Shown here: positions 12,249 to 23,000 of the stretch, one piece after another | Layout of the letters: every line of letters begins with the position of its first letter | Position numbering within the stretch: the first letter of the stretch is position 1 | Source of the DNA: a virus | Virus record (IMG/VR): IMGVR_UViG_3300045988_073563 | Direction: 5' to 3' (one strand) | DNA length: 64,000 nucleotides | Translations under genes and position numbers: made by a program | Notes under the pieces: generated by a model | What the model was told of the DNA's origin: nothing | The model's database searches: none | The model's input: only the letters and a program-made list of their open reading frames with translations

Positions 12249-13271
12249 ATGAAAAGATATAATAATTTATTTGAACAGATTGTTAGCTTAGACAATCTAC
12301 GTCTAGCTGAAAAGAAAGCTAGAAAAAACAAGACTCACAGACCAGAAGTTATTGAGTTCGATAAGAATAAAGAACAACTTCTGTTAGAGTTATAGAAAAT
12401 GTTAATCGAAGGTACATATGTAACATCTCCGTATTATGTCTATAAGATATATGAACCTAAAGAAAGAGAAATCTTTAAGTTACCTTATTATCCAGATAGA
12501 ATAGTACATCATGCTATAATGAATATTATGGAACCTATATGGGTATCAACCTTTGTAAAAGGAACATATAGTTGTATTAAGAAACGTGGTATCCATAAAG
12601 CAATGAAAGATGTTAAAGAATCTTTGAAAGACATATAGGGAACTCAATATTGTCTAAAGTTAGATATTAGAAAGTTCTATCCTTCAATAGACAATGATAT
12701 ACTTAAACAAGTAATAAGAAGGAAGATAAAAGATACTAAGCTATTGAACTTGTTAGATGGTATAATAGATTCTGCGCAAGGAGTTCCTATCGGTAATTAC
12801 TTATCACAATTCTTTGCTAATCTGTATTTAACTTATCTAGATCATTATATTAAAGAAGTTCATAAGATAAAACACTATTTCAGATATGCAGATGATATTG
12901 TAATATTACACAGTGATAAGAAGTATCTTAGATATCTGTATGAAGATATTAAAAGTTATCTAGAGAATCAACTTAATCTAAGGTTCAAAGATAATTGGCA
13001 GATATTTAAAGTAGATTCTAGAGGAATAGATTTTGTAGGTTACAGATTGTTTCATACACATATACTTCTTAGAAAGAGAATCAAACAAAGCTTCTGCAGA
13101 AAGATAACAAAACTAAATAAAAAAGATATTGATAAGGATGATTATAAACAAAAAATATGTAGTTATATAGGTTGGATTAAACATTGTAATGGAAGGAATT
13201 TATTCAGTAAAATGTTGAAATATAAAGAGCTATTAGAATACGTTAACATCCATAGACCAAGTAAAACATAA
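12249..13271 (+). CDS. DGR-type reverse transcriptase (340 codons, 2 in-frame TAG)
   Basis: ATG 12249 to TAA 13269-13271, with TAG at 12393-12395 and 12636-12638. The motifs are [38 protein letters not shown] (the DGR-characteristic I/LGxxxSQ) and RYADDIVIL (YxDD). Confidence 0.9.
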
Positions 13272-13366
13272 CATACTTATATACGTTTTATAGTTATATC
13301 TCAAAACGATTATCAGCCCTAGCAGATCAAGTTCAGCCGGGGTTTTTACTTTTAAACTATTATCAA

Positions 13367-13990
13367 ATGTTTTTAGAATTCTTGCCACAAATACTTACAG
13401 GAGTAGCTTCAATTTTGGCTTTATGGTTCACTTATAATCAGTACACAAAGAATAAGATAACTGACTATAAGATTGAAAAATGGAAAAAGCAAGAGCATGT
13501 TAACAATGTTAAGAATGCTGGAAATATAGCTACTATTTATGGAGAACTATGGGAACTCCTATACTTCTTAAAAGCTGACAGGGTATATCTTATCCAACCA
13601 CATCCTCTATATAGAGAGATGTACATATCTGCTACACTAGAAGTAAAACAATATGGAGTATCTTCAGTAAGAGATAGTTTGTCCGATATCAAGATTGAAA
13701 CAATCTCTAAGTTCGTATCTGATTTGGCAAATACTGAATATACATTTATAAACGATATAGATTCATCAGACTTTCTGGATAACAAGATTAAGTCAATCAT
13801 GACAGGTAATGGTTGTCACTCAGTTGCTATCAGAAGATTAAGTGATGAAAAGAATAATTGGATTGGATCTATAGTAATAGGTTACATACATACTTTTGAT
13901 GATAACGTAGATCCACAACTTATCGAAAAAATGTCTAGGTCAAGTGCACTTTCGATCTAGTACATATTACCAGAATTCAAAACAGAATAA
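13367..13990 (+). CDS. Membrane-anchored hypothetical protein
   Basis: The track ORF extends through TAG 13958-13960 to TAA 13988-13990. The N-terminus has a hydrophobic helix (FLPQILTGVASILALWF). Confidence 0.5.
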
Positions 13991-13991
13991 C

Positions 13992-14603
13992 ATGTTATTA
14001 AAAAGCTTTTTCAACAAATTGGCAGTCACTATCATAATTGGTTTGACTGCCTTTTGTTTTTTTTAGAGATAGAAAATAAAGACACTAGATAAAAGTCTAG
14101 GTCAAGTAACAAACAATTACAAGTATTATCAGGAATTAAATAGCAAACTAAAAGAAGATAATAGAACTTTACAACTTACTATAGGTGATTTGAATAATAG
14201 TAAAGATAGTTTAATTACTGAAGTAAAGAAGGTTTAGAAAGAACTTAAAATCAAAGATAAGAATCTCTAGTAGGTACAAGTAATCAATACAGAAATGAAA
14301 GACTCAGCATCAGTTGAAATAAAAACTAAGAATGTTGACTTTAGTGAAAAACTAAAGCTAAATGAATTAACTACTATCACAGTAAATAGAAAAGACTCAA
14401 TCTTAACAGCCATACTAGATTTAAGAAATTCCTAGATACTATTTGTAGAAGAAAAAAAAGAATATCGTAATTAGTATAAAAATGGCTTCTAGAGATTCTT
14501 GCACTTTGATTGGAAGAAAGATCGTGTCAGAAAGTATCAAATACATAATAGCAACAAACTTATAAAGGTAACTGATACTAGAATCGTAGAAGTTACTAAA
14601 TAA
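13992..14603 (+). CDS. N-terminal TM plus coiled-coil protein (lysis or spanin-like candidate), hidden by 8 TAG codons
   Basis: ATG 13992 to TAA 14601-14603. The frame has 8 in-frame TAG and no TAA or TGA in 203 codons. The sequence reads MLLKSFFNKLAVTIIIGLTAFCFF, followed by a K/E/L-rich heptad-like stretch. Confidence 0.55.
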
Positions 14604-14641
14604 AAATAAATCAATCTATTAATATATTAATCAATAATAAT

Positions 14642-15238
14642 ATGCATAGAATAATCCGTATAAAAGCTTATGAAGCTGAACACGGTCCTCACTTCAATGA
14701 TGAGCATGCTCGCAAAGCTGTAAGCAAGATGGAGAATGAAGACGGAACAAGAGGTCAGCATTGGTCACTTGAGGAAACTACAGCATTAGCTAATCAGTAT
14801 GGTATTCGTTTAGATGAAAAGATAAACAAATACGACTGGTATGTAGCATTGAATATGGTATACTCAGATTACTACCGTGTAGTTGTTAGCATGACAGGCT
14901 CTAATAACACGAAGTATTTCGTAGAATTAGCTAAAGCATGGATGCACGACAAAGACATAGATGAAGGTAAAATGTGGTTTTACTATATTTATGTAATGTG
15001 TGATAAGATTAGAAATGCTGAAGAAGATCTTTTCGAAAGACATTACAGCAAATATGAAGATGACGACGAAGAGGAACGTTACGGTAACTACCGTAGAATG
15101 GGCAGATCTTCATATGGTAGACGTAAAGAGTACGACAGAGAATACGATGAAAGAGACTTTGAAAGGGAAAGAGAGAAATTTTTTCCTATGGAAGAAGAAT
15201 CCAAACGTGGTCGTTCTGTGCGCTACATTAGATATTAA
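14642..15238 (+). CDS. Hypothetical protein with a highly charged R/E/D/Y-rich C-terminus
   Basis: Track ORF of 198 aa with ATG start, TAA stop and no TAG. Confidence 0.5.
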   Translation: MHRIIRIKAYEAEHGPHFNDEHARKAVSKMENEDGTRGQHWSLEETTALANQYGIRLDEKINKYDWYVALNMVYSDYYRVVVSMTGSNNTKYFVELAKAWMHDKDIDEGKMWFYYIYVMCDKIRNAEEDLFERHYSKYEDDDEEERYGNYRRMGRSSYGRRKEYDREYDERDFEREREKFFPMEEESKRGRSVRYIRY

Positions 15239-15270
15239 TCAAATTAAATCAATCCTAAATAAAATCAATT

Positions 15271-16131
15271 ATGTTAGAAGATAAAATTATCGTTCAAGAT
15301 CGCGGTTTTGACGCTGGTCTAGCTGCTTTAATGCAGAATGCAAACAAAGGTAATATGGACCCTGCAGCTCTCATGGCTATGATGAATAACAATGGTATGG
15401 GTGGCAATGGTTGTTGGTGGATTTGGATCATCTTACTGTTCTTTGTATGGGGCGGTTGGGGTGGAAACGGCTTTGGAAACAGATGCGGTGAAGCTTCACA
15501 ATTGGCTTCTCAACTGAACACAGATGCTAACACTAACCTATTGATGCAGGCAATCAATGGTAACAAAGAAGCTATCAGCACATTATCTAATACTTTGAAT
15601 TGCGATATCAACTCAGTACAGTCTGCATTAAACACTATTAATACTAGTGTAAGTCAGATCGCTTGTGACACTAAACTTTCTGGTGCTCAGGTAATAAATG
15701 CTATCCAGAGTGGTAACGCTAGCCTTGCATCACAATTGGCTTCTTGCTGCTGTGATGTACGTAACGCTATAACTACTCAGGGTTATGAGAGCCAATTAGC
15801 TATTGTAAATCAGACTAATACTCTGACAAGCAACGCTAATACTCAGTTCAACATCTTGGGTGCTAAAATAGACGCTTAGACTCAAATAATTAATGACAAA
15901 TTCTGTCAACTTGAAATGCGTGAAATGCAGAACAAGATTGACTCATTACGTCAAGAAAACAATCAGTTAGCTTTGGCTGCTTCTCAGCAAGCTCAAACTG
16001 CTAACATTGTTAATCAGTTAAGACCTACTCCGGTTCCTGCATATCTGACTTGTAACCCATATGGATGTAACGGTGGCTTTACAGGCTATGGTTACAATGG
16101 TTACTCTGATGGATGTGGCTGTGGATGCTAA
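15271..16131 (+). CDS. Gly/Trp/Cys-rich membrane protein (286 aa)
   Basis: Track ORFs 15271 and 15916 share a frame and are joined by TAG 15877-15879; the stop is TAA. The sequence contains GGNGCWWIWIILLFFVWGGWGGNGFGN, a Q/N/S/T/A-rich helical middle and a C-terminal YGCNGGFTGYGYNGYSDGCGCGC. Confidence 0.55.
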
Positions 16132-16145
16132 GAAAGGAGGTAATT

Positions 16146-16577
16146 ATGTTTTTTAATTTTAATCCTTATACATTTAATAGAAGTAGAGTAAGAACTATAG
16201 ATAACTTTGGTATACCTTCATTGAGAACAATATATGTTACCACTGATACTACCAATAATACTGTTACTTATGGTATCTGTCCTAGAATCTGGAGACAACT
16301 TCCTTGTGAGGGAATGTTTTTACTTAATATAGTAAATACTCCTGCTACAACAGTAACTGCAGCTTCTTTAGTAAGTATAGATACTACTAGAACAGCTAAT
16401 CAAGTAAGTCCTACAACTACTACTTCTACAGGAGCTAGAGCTCTTATAAATGGCTCAGGTGATCAAATGGTTACAGAAGAAATATCAACAGGTAATAGAT
16501 ATCTTATTTACTATAATAAATCAAATGGTACTTTCTAGACTGTAAATCATATTATACCACCTACTGCTGCTGCGTAA
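16146..16577 (+). CDS. Hypothetical structural protein
   Basis: ATG 16146 is preceded by AAGGAGG (16133-16139). One TAG lies at 16536-16538 and the stop is TAA 16575-16577. A strong hairpin follows. Confidence 0.5.
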
Positions 16578-16589
16578 TTTTTTAATCAA

Positions 16590-16613
16590 AAAGGGCTCTT
16601 ATTAGAGCCCTTT
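16590..16613 (+). terminator. Hairpin (10-bp stem aaagggctct / agagcccttt, loop tatt)
   Basis: A perfect inverted repeat 13 nt after the stop of the 16146 gene. Only a short T tract follows. Confidence 0.5.
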
Positions 16614-16627
16614 AACAAATACTTATT

Positions 16628-17194
16628 ATGATAACATTTGCACAATTAAATATAGGAGATCCTATACATGTATTAGAAATAACTGGAACGTTTAAGAAAA
16701 GTACTACTTATTATAAAGGTACTGTAATGAATGTATCCAAGGTTTATGATGAACTCCTTCCTCCTCAATAGTTTCCTCTACCGAATTAGAATAGAAAGAA
16801 ACTAGTTGATATAACAATAGGGTGTGACGGTGAATAGAAGAAATTATCTGTAGAAGAGAATAAATCTATTGTAACGGATGGAGCTGTAGGCTTAACTATA
16901 GCAACAGATAAACAACAGATAATAACAATGGTAAAGAATAATTATAATGAATACAAAGCAAAGAAGGAGGCTTTAGCTAAGTATGAAGAAGAAATGAATA
17001 AGTGCGACGCAATACTCAAGTAGTTGGATTATTAGGAGGAAAACTTGAAACAAGAAGATCCTAGAATAAAAGAATTACAAGAACAAGTTGCAGAATTAAA
17101 AGGATTAATAAAGCAAGCAGGTAATATGGTTCCACCTTAGATGAAATAGATGTTACCATAGAATATGCAAAAAGCAATGAATGAGGCTAGTTAA
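16628..17194 (+). CDS. Hypothetical coiled-coil protein (188 codons, 8 in-frame TAG)
   Basis: ATG 16628 to TAA 17192-17194. I read it codon by codon and TAGs are the only interruptions. Confidence 0.5.
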
Positions 17195-17208
17195 TACTAG
17201 CCTTTTTT
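17185..17208 (+). terminator. Rho-independent terminator (ggctagt / actagcc, loop taat, then TTTTTT)
   Basis: A 7-bp stem overlaps the stop codon and is followed by a T6 run at 17203-17208. Confidence 0.7.
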
Positions 17209-17327
17209 CATTTATAGCCCCAAGAACAAACGCTATTAGTTCATATGGTCTATTGTATTACTTACTACGTAAAGTGGCTAGAAACGCCTTAAAATACGTT
17301 ATTATTATATTTAATAAATAATGCATT

Positions 17328-17984
17328 ATGAAATTAAACACATTGAATACTATTATTGATGATATTCTACTTGAATTGCGCAACAGTTCTATTGCCGAAT
17401 CAGAACATATAAGTAGAATACAAATCGAGCAATGGATTCACAACTACAGAGCTATGTTAATTAAATAGGACATTGATAAAGGAAGAGATATCAATCCTAT
17501 GTATGTATAGACTCTGCCTTGTATTCATTTAGATCGTGTTGAGTGCACTCCCGGTCATATCGAATATGTAAGTAATATTGAATTACCAAAGCTTATAGAC
17601 TTTCACTTTAGAACTGGATTAGTATCTGTAAAAGATATGTTCGGCAATTTAATCTAGTTAGGAAGTGAAACAAAAAACAAATATCAAAAGTATAGGAAAT
17701 ATACATGCAAAGACTACACAGCATACCTGAAAGGTAATAGAATATATGTAGATGGTGGTAACCATCAGTTAGAATACATTGAGGCAGATGTTATATTAGA
17801 GAATCCAGCTGATGCAAATGAATGCTTTGATCCAGATATGCCTTATCCAGCACCAGCTCATATAATACCAACTATTAAAGATTTAATCTTTAGTAAAGAG
17901 TTAAATATAATGCCAAAAATGCCTACTGATGAGACCAATAATTCTAGAGATGATATGTAGAACATTTATAAACAGCAGAAATGA
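17328..17984 (+). CDS. Conserved-looking virion or hypothetical protein (218 codons, 4 TAG)
   Basis: ATG 17328 to TGA 17982-17984, verified codon by codon. Confidence 0.5.
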
Positions 17985-18430
17985 CACACAGAAAATCTTA
18001 CACAATAAGTGACTTCTATTAGTTCTACTTATCTAATATCGAAAGAGATACTGTATATGATATTGATTATAAAGTGTACAGACAAATAATAGAAGACTAT
18101 TTTAAATTTATAGCAGATTAGGTTATTGAACATAGTAGAGAATTTAAACTACCATGCAGATTAGGTAATCTAAGTATAGTAAAGCGCAGACCTAAGAACT
18201 TTGATAATAAGAGCCTAAGGATTGATTATCATGAAAGTGCCATACAAGGTAAAGCAGTATACTTTATCAATGAACATTCCAATTTTTTTAAATTCAGATT
18301 TTTGTGGTCAAAAAAAGACAGTCTTCTAAAAAATAAAACCAGATATTAGTTTGTTGCCACCAGAGCAAACAAGAGAAGATTAGCACAAATAATAAAAAAT
18401 AGAGAGCATGATTACGTGGAGATTCGCTGA
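17981..18430 (+). CDS. Basic hypothetical protein (149 codons, 3 TAG)
   Basis: ATG 17981 overlaps the previous TGA (ATGA). The gene ends at TGA 18428-18430. Confidence 0.45.
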
Positions 18431-19163
18431 TGTTAACAAATTACCTGAGGAATCTGGTATTTATATGATATTGAATATATTAAACAATCATAAATACGTA
18501 GGTAGCACCAATAACTTTAAGAGAAGACTAACCAGACATCGCGGAGAATTACGTAAGGATAAACATCATTCCACTTACTTGTAGAGGGCGTATAATAAAT
18601 ATGGTGAAGACAAATTCATAATATATATACTAGAGAGATGTTAGCCTATAAAAGATACTTTGATATATTTAGAGTAGAAGTATTTGGATTTAAATCCAGA
18701 ATATAATATCGAGAAAGTAGCAGATAGAAGATTTACTAAATAGGCAAAGATAAAAACAAATAAGGTAAAGCATCCAATACAACAATATAGTTTAGACGGT
18801 AATTTTATCAGAGAATTTGACAGTATAACACAGGCAGCCAAATGGTGTGGAAATAAAAACAAACACCCTCAAATATCTTTGTGTTGTTAGGGTAAATTGA
18901 TCCAAGCGTGCGGGTATCTATGGAAATATAAGAATGATGATAGAAGCATTATGCAAGTAACAAAACAACCTTGTGATAAAGGAATAAAAGTTGATCAATT
19001 AGACATAAACGGGAACTATATTAAAACTTATGATAATATGAGAATAGCTGCAGAATCAAATGGATCAATACAAAATAGATCTGCTATAAATAGAGTATGT
19101 AGAGGATAGAAGAAAACAGCTTTTGGGTATAAGTGGAGATACCATACAAATAATATATTATGA
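18408..19163 (+). CDS. GIY-YIG homing endonuclease with NUMOD/IENR-like DNA-binding repeats (6 in-frame TAG)
   Basis: The catalytic region reads SGIYMILNILNNHKYVGSTNNFKRRLTRHRGELRKDKHHSTYL(TAG)RAYNKYGEDKF. C-terminal repeats are YSLDGNFIREFDSITQAAKWCG and LDINGNYIKTYDNMRIAAESNG. The gene ends at TGA 19161-19163. Confidence 0.8.
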
Positions 19164-20071
19164 TAGACAATAATATGATATCATCTAAAGCAGTTATAGC
19201 CAAAATAATTGCTGATTTAGATTTAAAAGAAGATGAAGTTAAAATAACCGATATAAGAGAATATATTGGTGAGGCTATGGAAAAGATAGGTGCTATATAG
19301 CAACTAGAACATAAAGTAGAAAATATTCCTGTAATAGGTTACTAGGCAAAGTTGCCATGTGATCTATACAGATTAAATTAGGTAGCATTTTCATTTGATA
19401 ATAGTTGTGGTTGGTTACCCATGAGAAAGGTTACCAACTCTTTTGGTGTTTATACCAAATGTGATAAATGTGATCCTAATATGATAATAGGTGATAATGC
19501 TCTTATACCTTTAGTAAAGAATCTATATAACCTTATAGATGATAGATCTGCATTAGATATCATTAACTCCGATCCTAATGTTAAAAAGACATTAAGTGCT
19601 TTAGTAAACCAATATACTATACCTAGTGTAAATGGTAGACTTATAGTAGGTAATCCTGCATCATTAAATGGATCATTGCAATACTCTACTAAACCGGGTT
19701 ATATTACAGTAAATGTTCCTTGTGGTTGGGTTAAGATATCTTATCATGCCATCATTACTGATGAAGATAGTATGCCTATGATACCAGATAATCCTTCTTA
19801 TTTCGAAGCCATATTTTGGTATGTAGCTATGAAGTTATCTTATCCTAAGTACCTAAAAGGACAACTGAATCAAAACATATACTATGATATGAAGAACTCA
19901 TGGAACTTCTATCGTAGACAGGCTTACGCAGAAGCTATGATGCCGGGTGTAGATGAAATAGAATCTATCAAGAATGATTGGCATAAGTTATATACAGAGT
20001 TTGATGATCATGATACGTTCTTTGCTACTACTGGAGATGAACAAATAATATATAATTAGAATAGATTATGA
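19160..20071 (+). CDS. Virion or hypothetical protein (303 codons, 4 TAG)
   Basis: ATG 19160 overlaps the previous stop. It is in frame with track ORF 19421 and ends at TGA 20069-20071. Confidence 0.5.
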
Positions 20072-23000
20072 CAAATACTTTACAAACTAACAGTTTCGTA
20101 GGTGGTATGAATATGGATATTGATATTCATGCAATACCTGAGAATCAGTATAGATATGCTGAGAACATCAGAATCATTACTGATACTGAAGGTACTAGTG
20201 GAGTATTATAGAATATTCAAAACATTCATACTGTAGATGGCGGTGACTTTATATCAGAAGATGAAGTAGTACTATATGTCGTTACTGTAGATAAGTATGC
20301 TGTCATTCTTACTGTAGATAGTAAAAATATAAATAGAGTATATAGAGTATCTGATTATAACAATTTACCATTAAAACACACCGTAGTAATAAAAGGTAAA
20401 CTGCAATATAGTAAAACTAATAGGGTTAAAATAGTAGCTAACTATGAGGCTGAGAATAACATTAAGATATACATAACAGATGGTAATACTCCTATTAGAG
20501 TATTAAATATCATGGATAATAAATATGTATATGAACCAGGTGTTACAAATGATCTGTTAGATAGTGAAGGCAATATTAAGGATCTTAGTATCCTTGACTT
20601 AACCCCTAGCTCTTTACTTAGCCCTCCTAAAATAGTAGATTTAGGTTCTGGTAATCTATAGTCTGGTACTGTACAGTATGCCTATCAGTTATTTAATGTC
20701 AGAGGATCAAATACTATTATGTCTCCTTGTAGTGGATTAGTACATCTAACAGATAGTAATACCTCTAGTAGTTTGAATGAATATCACGGTTTAGATAAAG
20801 AAGTATCTACTGGCAAATCAGTTAAGATGTCTATTGATCTAGTAGATAAAACTACTGGTATAAACTATAATAGCTTCTATAATAACTGTAGAATATTTAG
20901 AATATTCTATAATGATAATACTGAACTACCTACAGTAGATGTTATAGCTGAGATCAAATCATCTGGTAGTTCAACTAGTATTGAATATGAGGATTTAGGT
21001 GGAGCGCCTATTAATACTATTACTTTAGAAGAATTGAATTCTTTAACAAATAATTCGTTTGTAGCTTCTACTATTGAAAAGAAGGATAATAGATTATTTG
21101 CTGCTGGTATTAAAGAAAATACTTGGAGAACTGACTATGATGCTAGAGCTTATAGATGTACTAAAGAAGGTAGATTAATACTCAAATCAGCTAGTGGTCA
21201 GAATGATATTGATGTAATGTTACCAGAGTATGGTTCTGCAGCATGGAAGAATATATTATCAGATATAGATCCTGAACACGATTGTATCAATCCATATAAC
21301 TCTGTGAAGGGGCAGCCAACTGCTAATGATAATCTACAGTATAGTAATAAGGTTGAAAGAGGTGCTAGAATACTAGGTGGTAGTGGTATAAATGTAAACT
21401 ATAGATTTGTTTATACTGAGCTTACTATGGATACCATGTAGTCTATGAATACATCTGCAACAGAAGGTCATGACTATGCTAAGATTCAAGTACTTCCTCA
21501 GACTACATCTTCTATGACATTCTATTTCCTAGATGGACTGAAGGATACATCAATAAATCGTAGTATTCCAGAGTATTCTAGATAGATGAATTATGCAGAT
21601 CCATATATTGATGCTAATTTCAGAGGATATTAGAGAGATGAAATATATAGATTTGGTATTGTATTCTATAACAATAAGAGTATTCCATCTAATGTTAGTT
21701 GGATTGGAGATATTAGAATGCCTAACGCTCATGAGTACCCAACCTTCTTTGCAGGAGAAAATCTTATTGGTAAAGCATTAGGATTACAATTTGAAGTATC
21801 TAATGTACCAGAAGGAGCTGTAGCGTATGAAATAGTAAGATGTAGACGTACAGTTGATGATAGAACTGTATTAATGCAAGGAGTTATATCAGAGATAACT
21901 AACTATCCATATAAGTATATAAACAAAGGTGATGAGCCAGATAATAGTTATAGACCTAGGATACCACTTGGATATACAGATCAGGATATACCAGTTAAGT
22001 ATACTAAAGCTGGTAGAATGACAGAAATATATGCTGAGCAATCTTCTACATTCTTTAATGATAGAGTAACAAAGTATTATGTCACATTCATAAGTCCTGA
22101 ATTGGATATAACTGGTGAAAGTTTGGTTGGCAAACTTAAGAATGCTCATGCTGAATTATTATATTACTTACACCCAATAGCAAGTAAAGGATATTGGTAC
22201 AGAGCAGCTAATGGAGCAAATATATATTCAAATAAATATTTTATAACTCCTAATAATACAAACTGGGGATTCTCATCAGATAGAGTAACAGAATCAAAAC
22301 TCATAGGTTGTTATAATAGTGATGTGAATGGTTTTGTAATAGCATCTGAAGAATTTGCTACAGAACAAACAGTACACTCTATATCTAACTTGATAGGTAA
22401 AAGATACATACTACATAATACTGCAATATCTGAAAGTAGATTAACTGTTGATATTAATAATAACTCAATATTTCCACCAATTATGGCAGGAGGAAATATC
22501 ATGGCAGAGAAGATGCAGTACTATAGAACTATTGGTGATATCAACTATTTGAACTTAGGTCATATCCACAATAGTGATGGAGATAACAATGGAGCACGTA
22601 GAGCAGGTCCGTTTGGTTATTGTGCAGTATTGAATGGAGATTTTACCAAGATACCTAAGTTTCATAGAGTAGATGGTGTAATACAAGCTAATTACAATAT
22701 AACAAGTGTAATAGGTTCTTAGGATATATTCTTGAATAAGGCATGGTTTGAATTACCAGTAGTAAATATAAAACTTAGTAACATACCATATGGTGGTAAT
22801 AGTTACATAGCTAGAACTAACTCTACATATATTAGTACTAATTCATTTACTACAATAGGACCCAGTGGTGGTCAATCTTTAGTATATGGTGGTGATACTT
22901 TTATTGGCGTTCATGATCATAGGACTGCCAACGCATTCCCAGATCCGGGTAATGGAGATTATAGAGCATCGTTGATAAGTTGCACAGACTATATACCAGT

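Larger units (their letters stand above)
10720..13271 (+). mobile_element. Diversity-generating retroelement cassette (target-VR, TR, RT); no Avd ORF seen
   Basis: See the component features below. VR/TR adenine-specific divergence plus a DGR-type RT lie within 2.6 kb. Confidence 0.9.

Noticed and set aside
12025-12252. Track ORF of 75 aa (MHLGSNTTNSSNARLLNVNSNN...)
   Set aside because: It is the DGR template repeat read in the VR frame. TRs are non-coding RNA templates, and the Asn/Ser richness simply reflects AAY/AGY codons.
14021-14064. Hairpin ggcagtc...gactgcc followed by a T-run, as a terminator after the 13367 gene
   Set aside because: It lies inside the reading frame 13992-14603, where it encodes the TM helix (..LAVTIIIGLTAFCFF). 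The T-run is Phe codons. A dual role cannot be excluded, but I do not call it.
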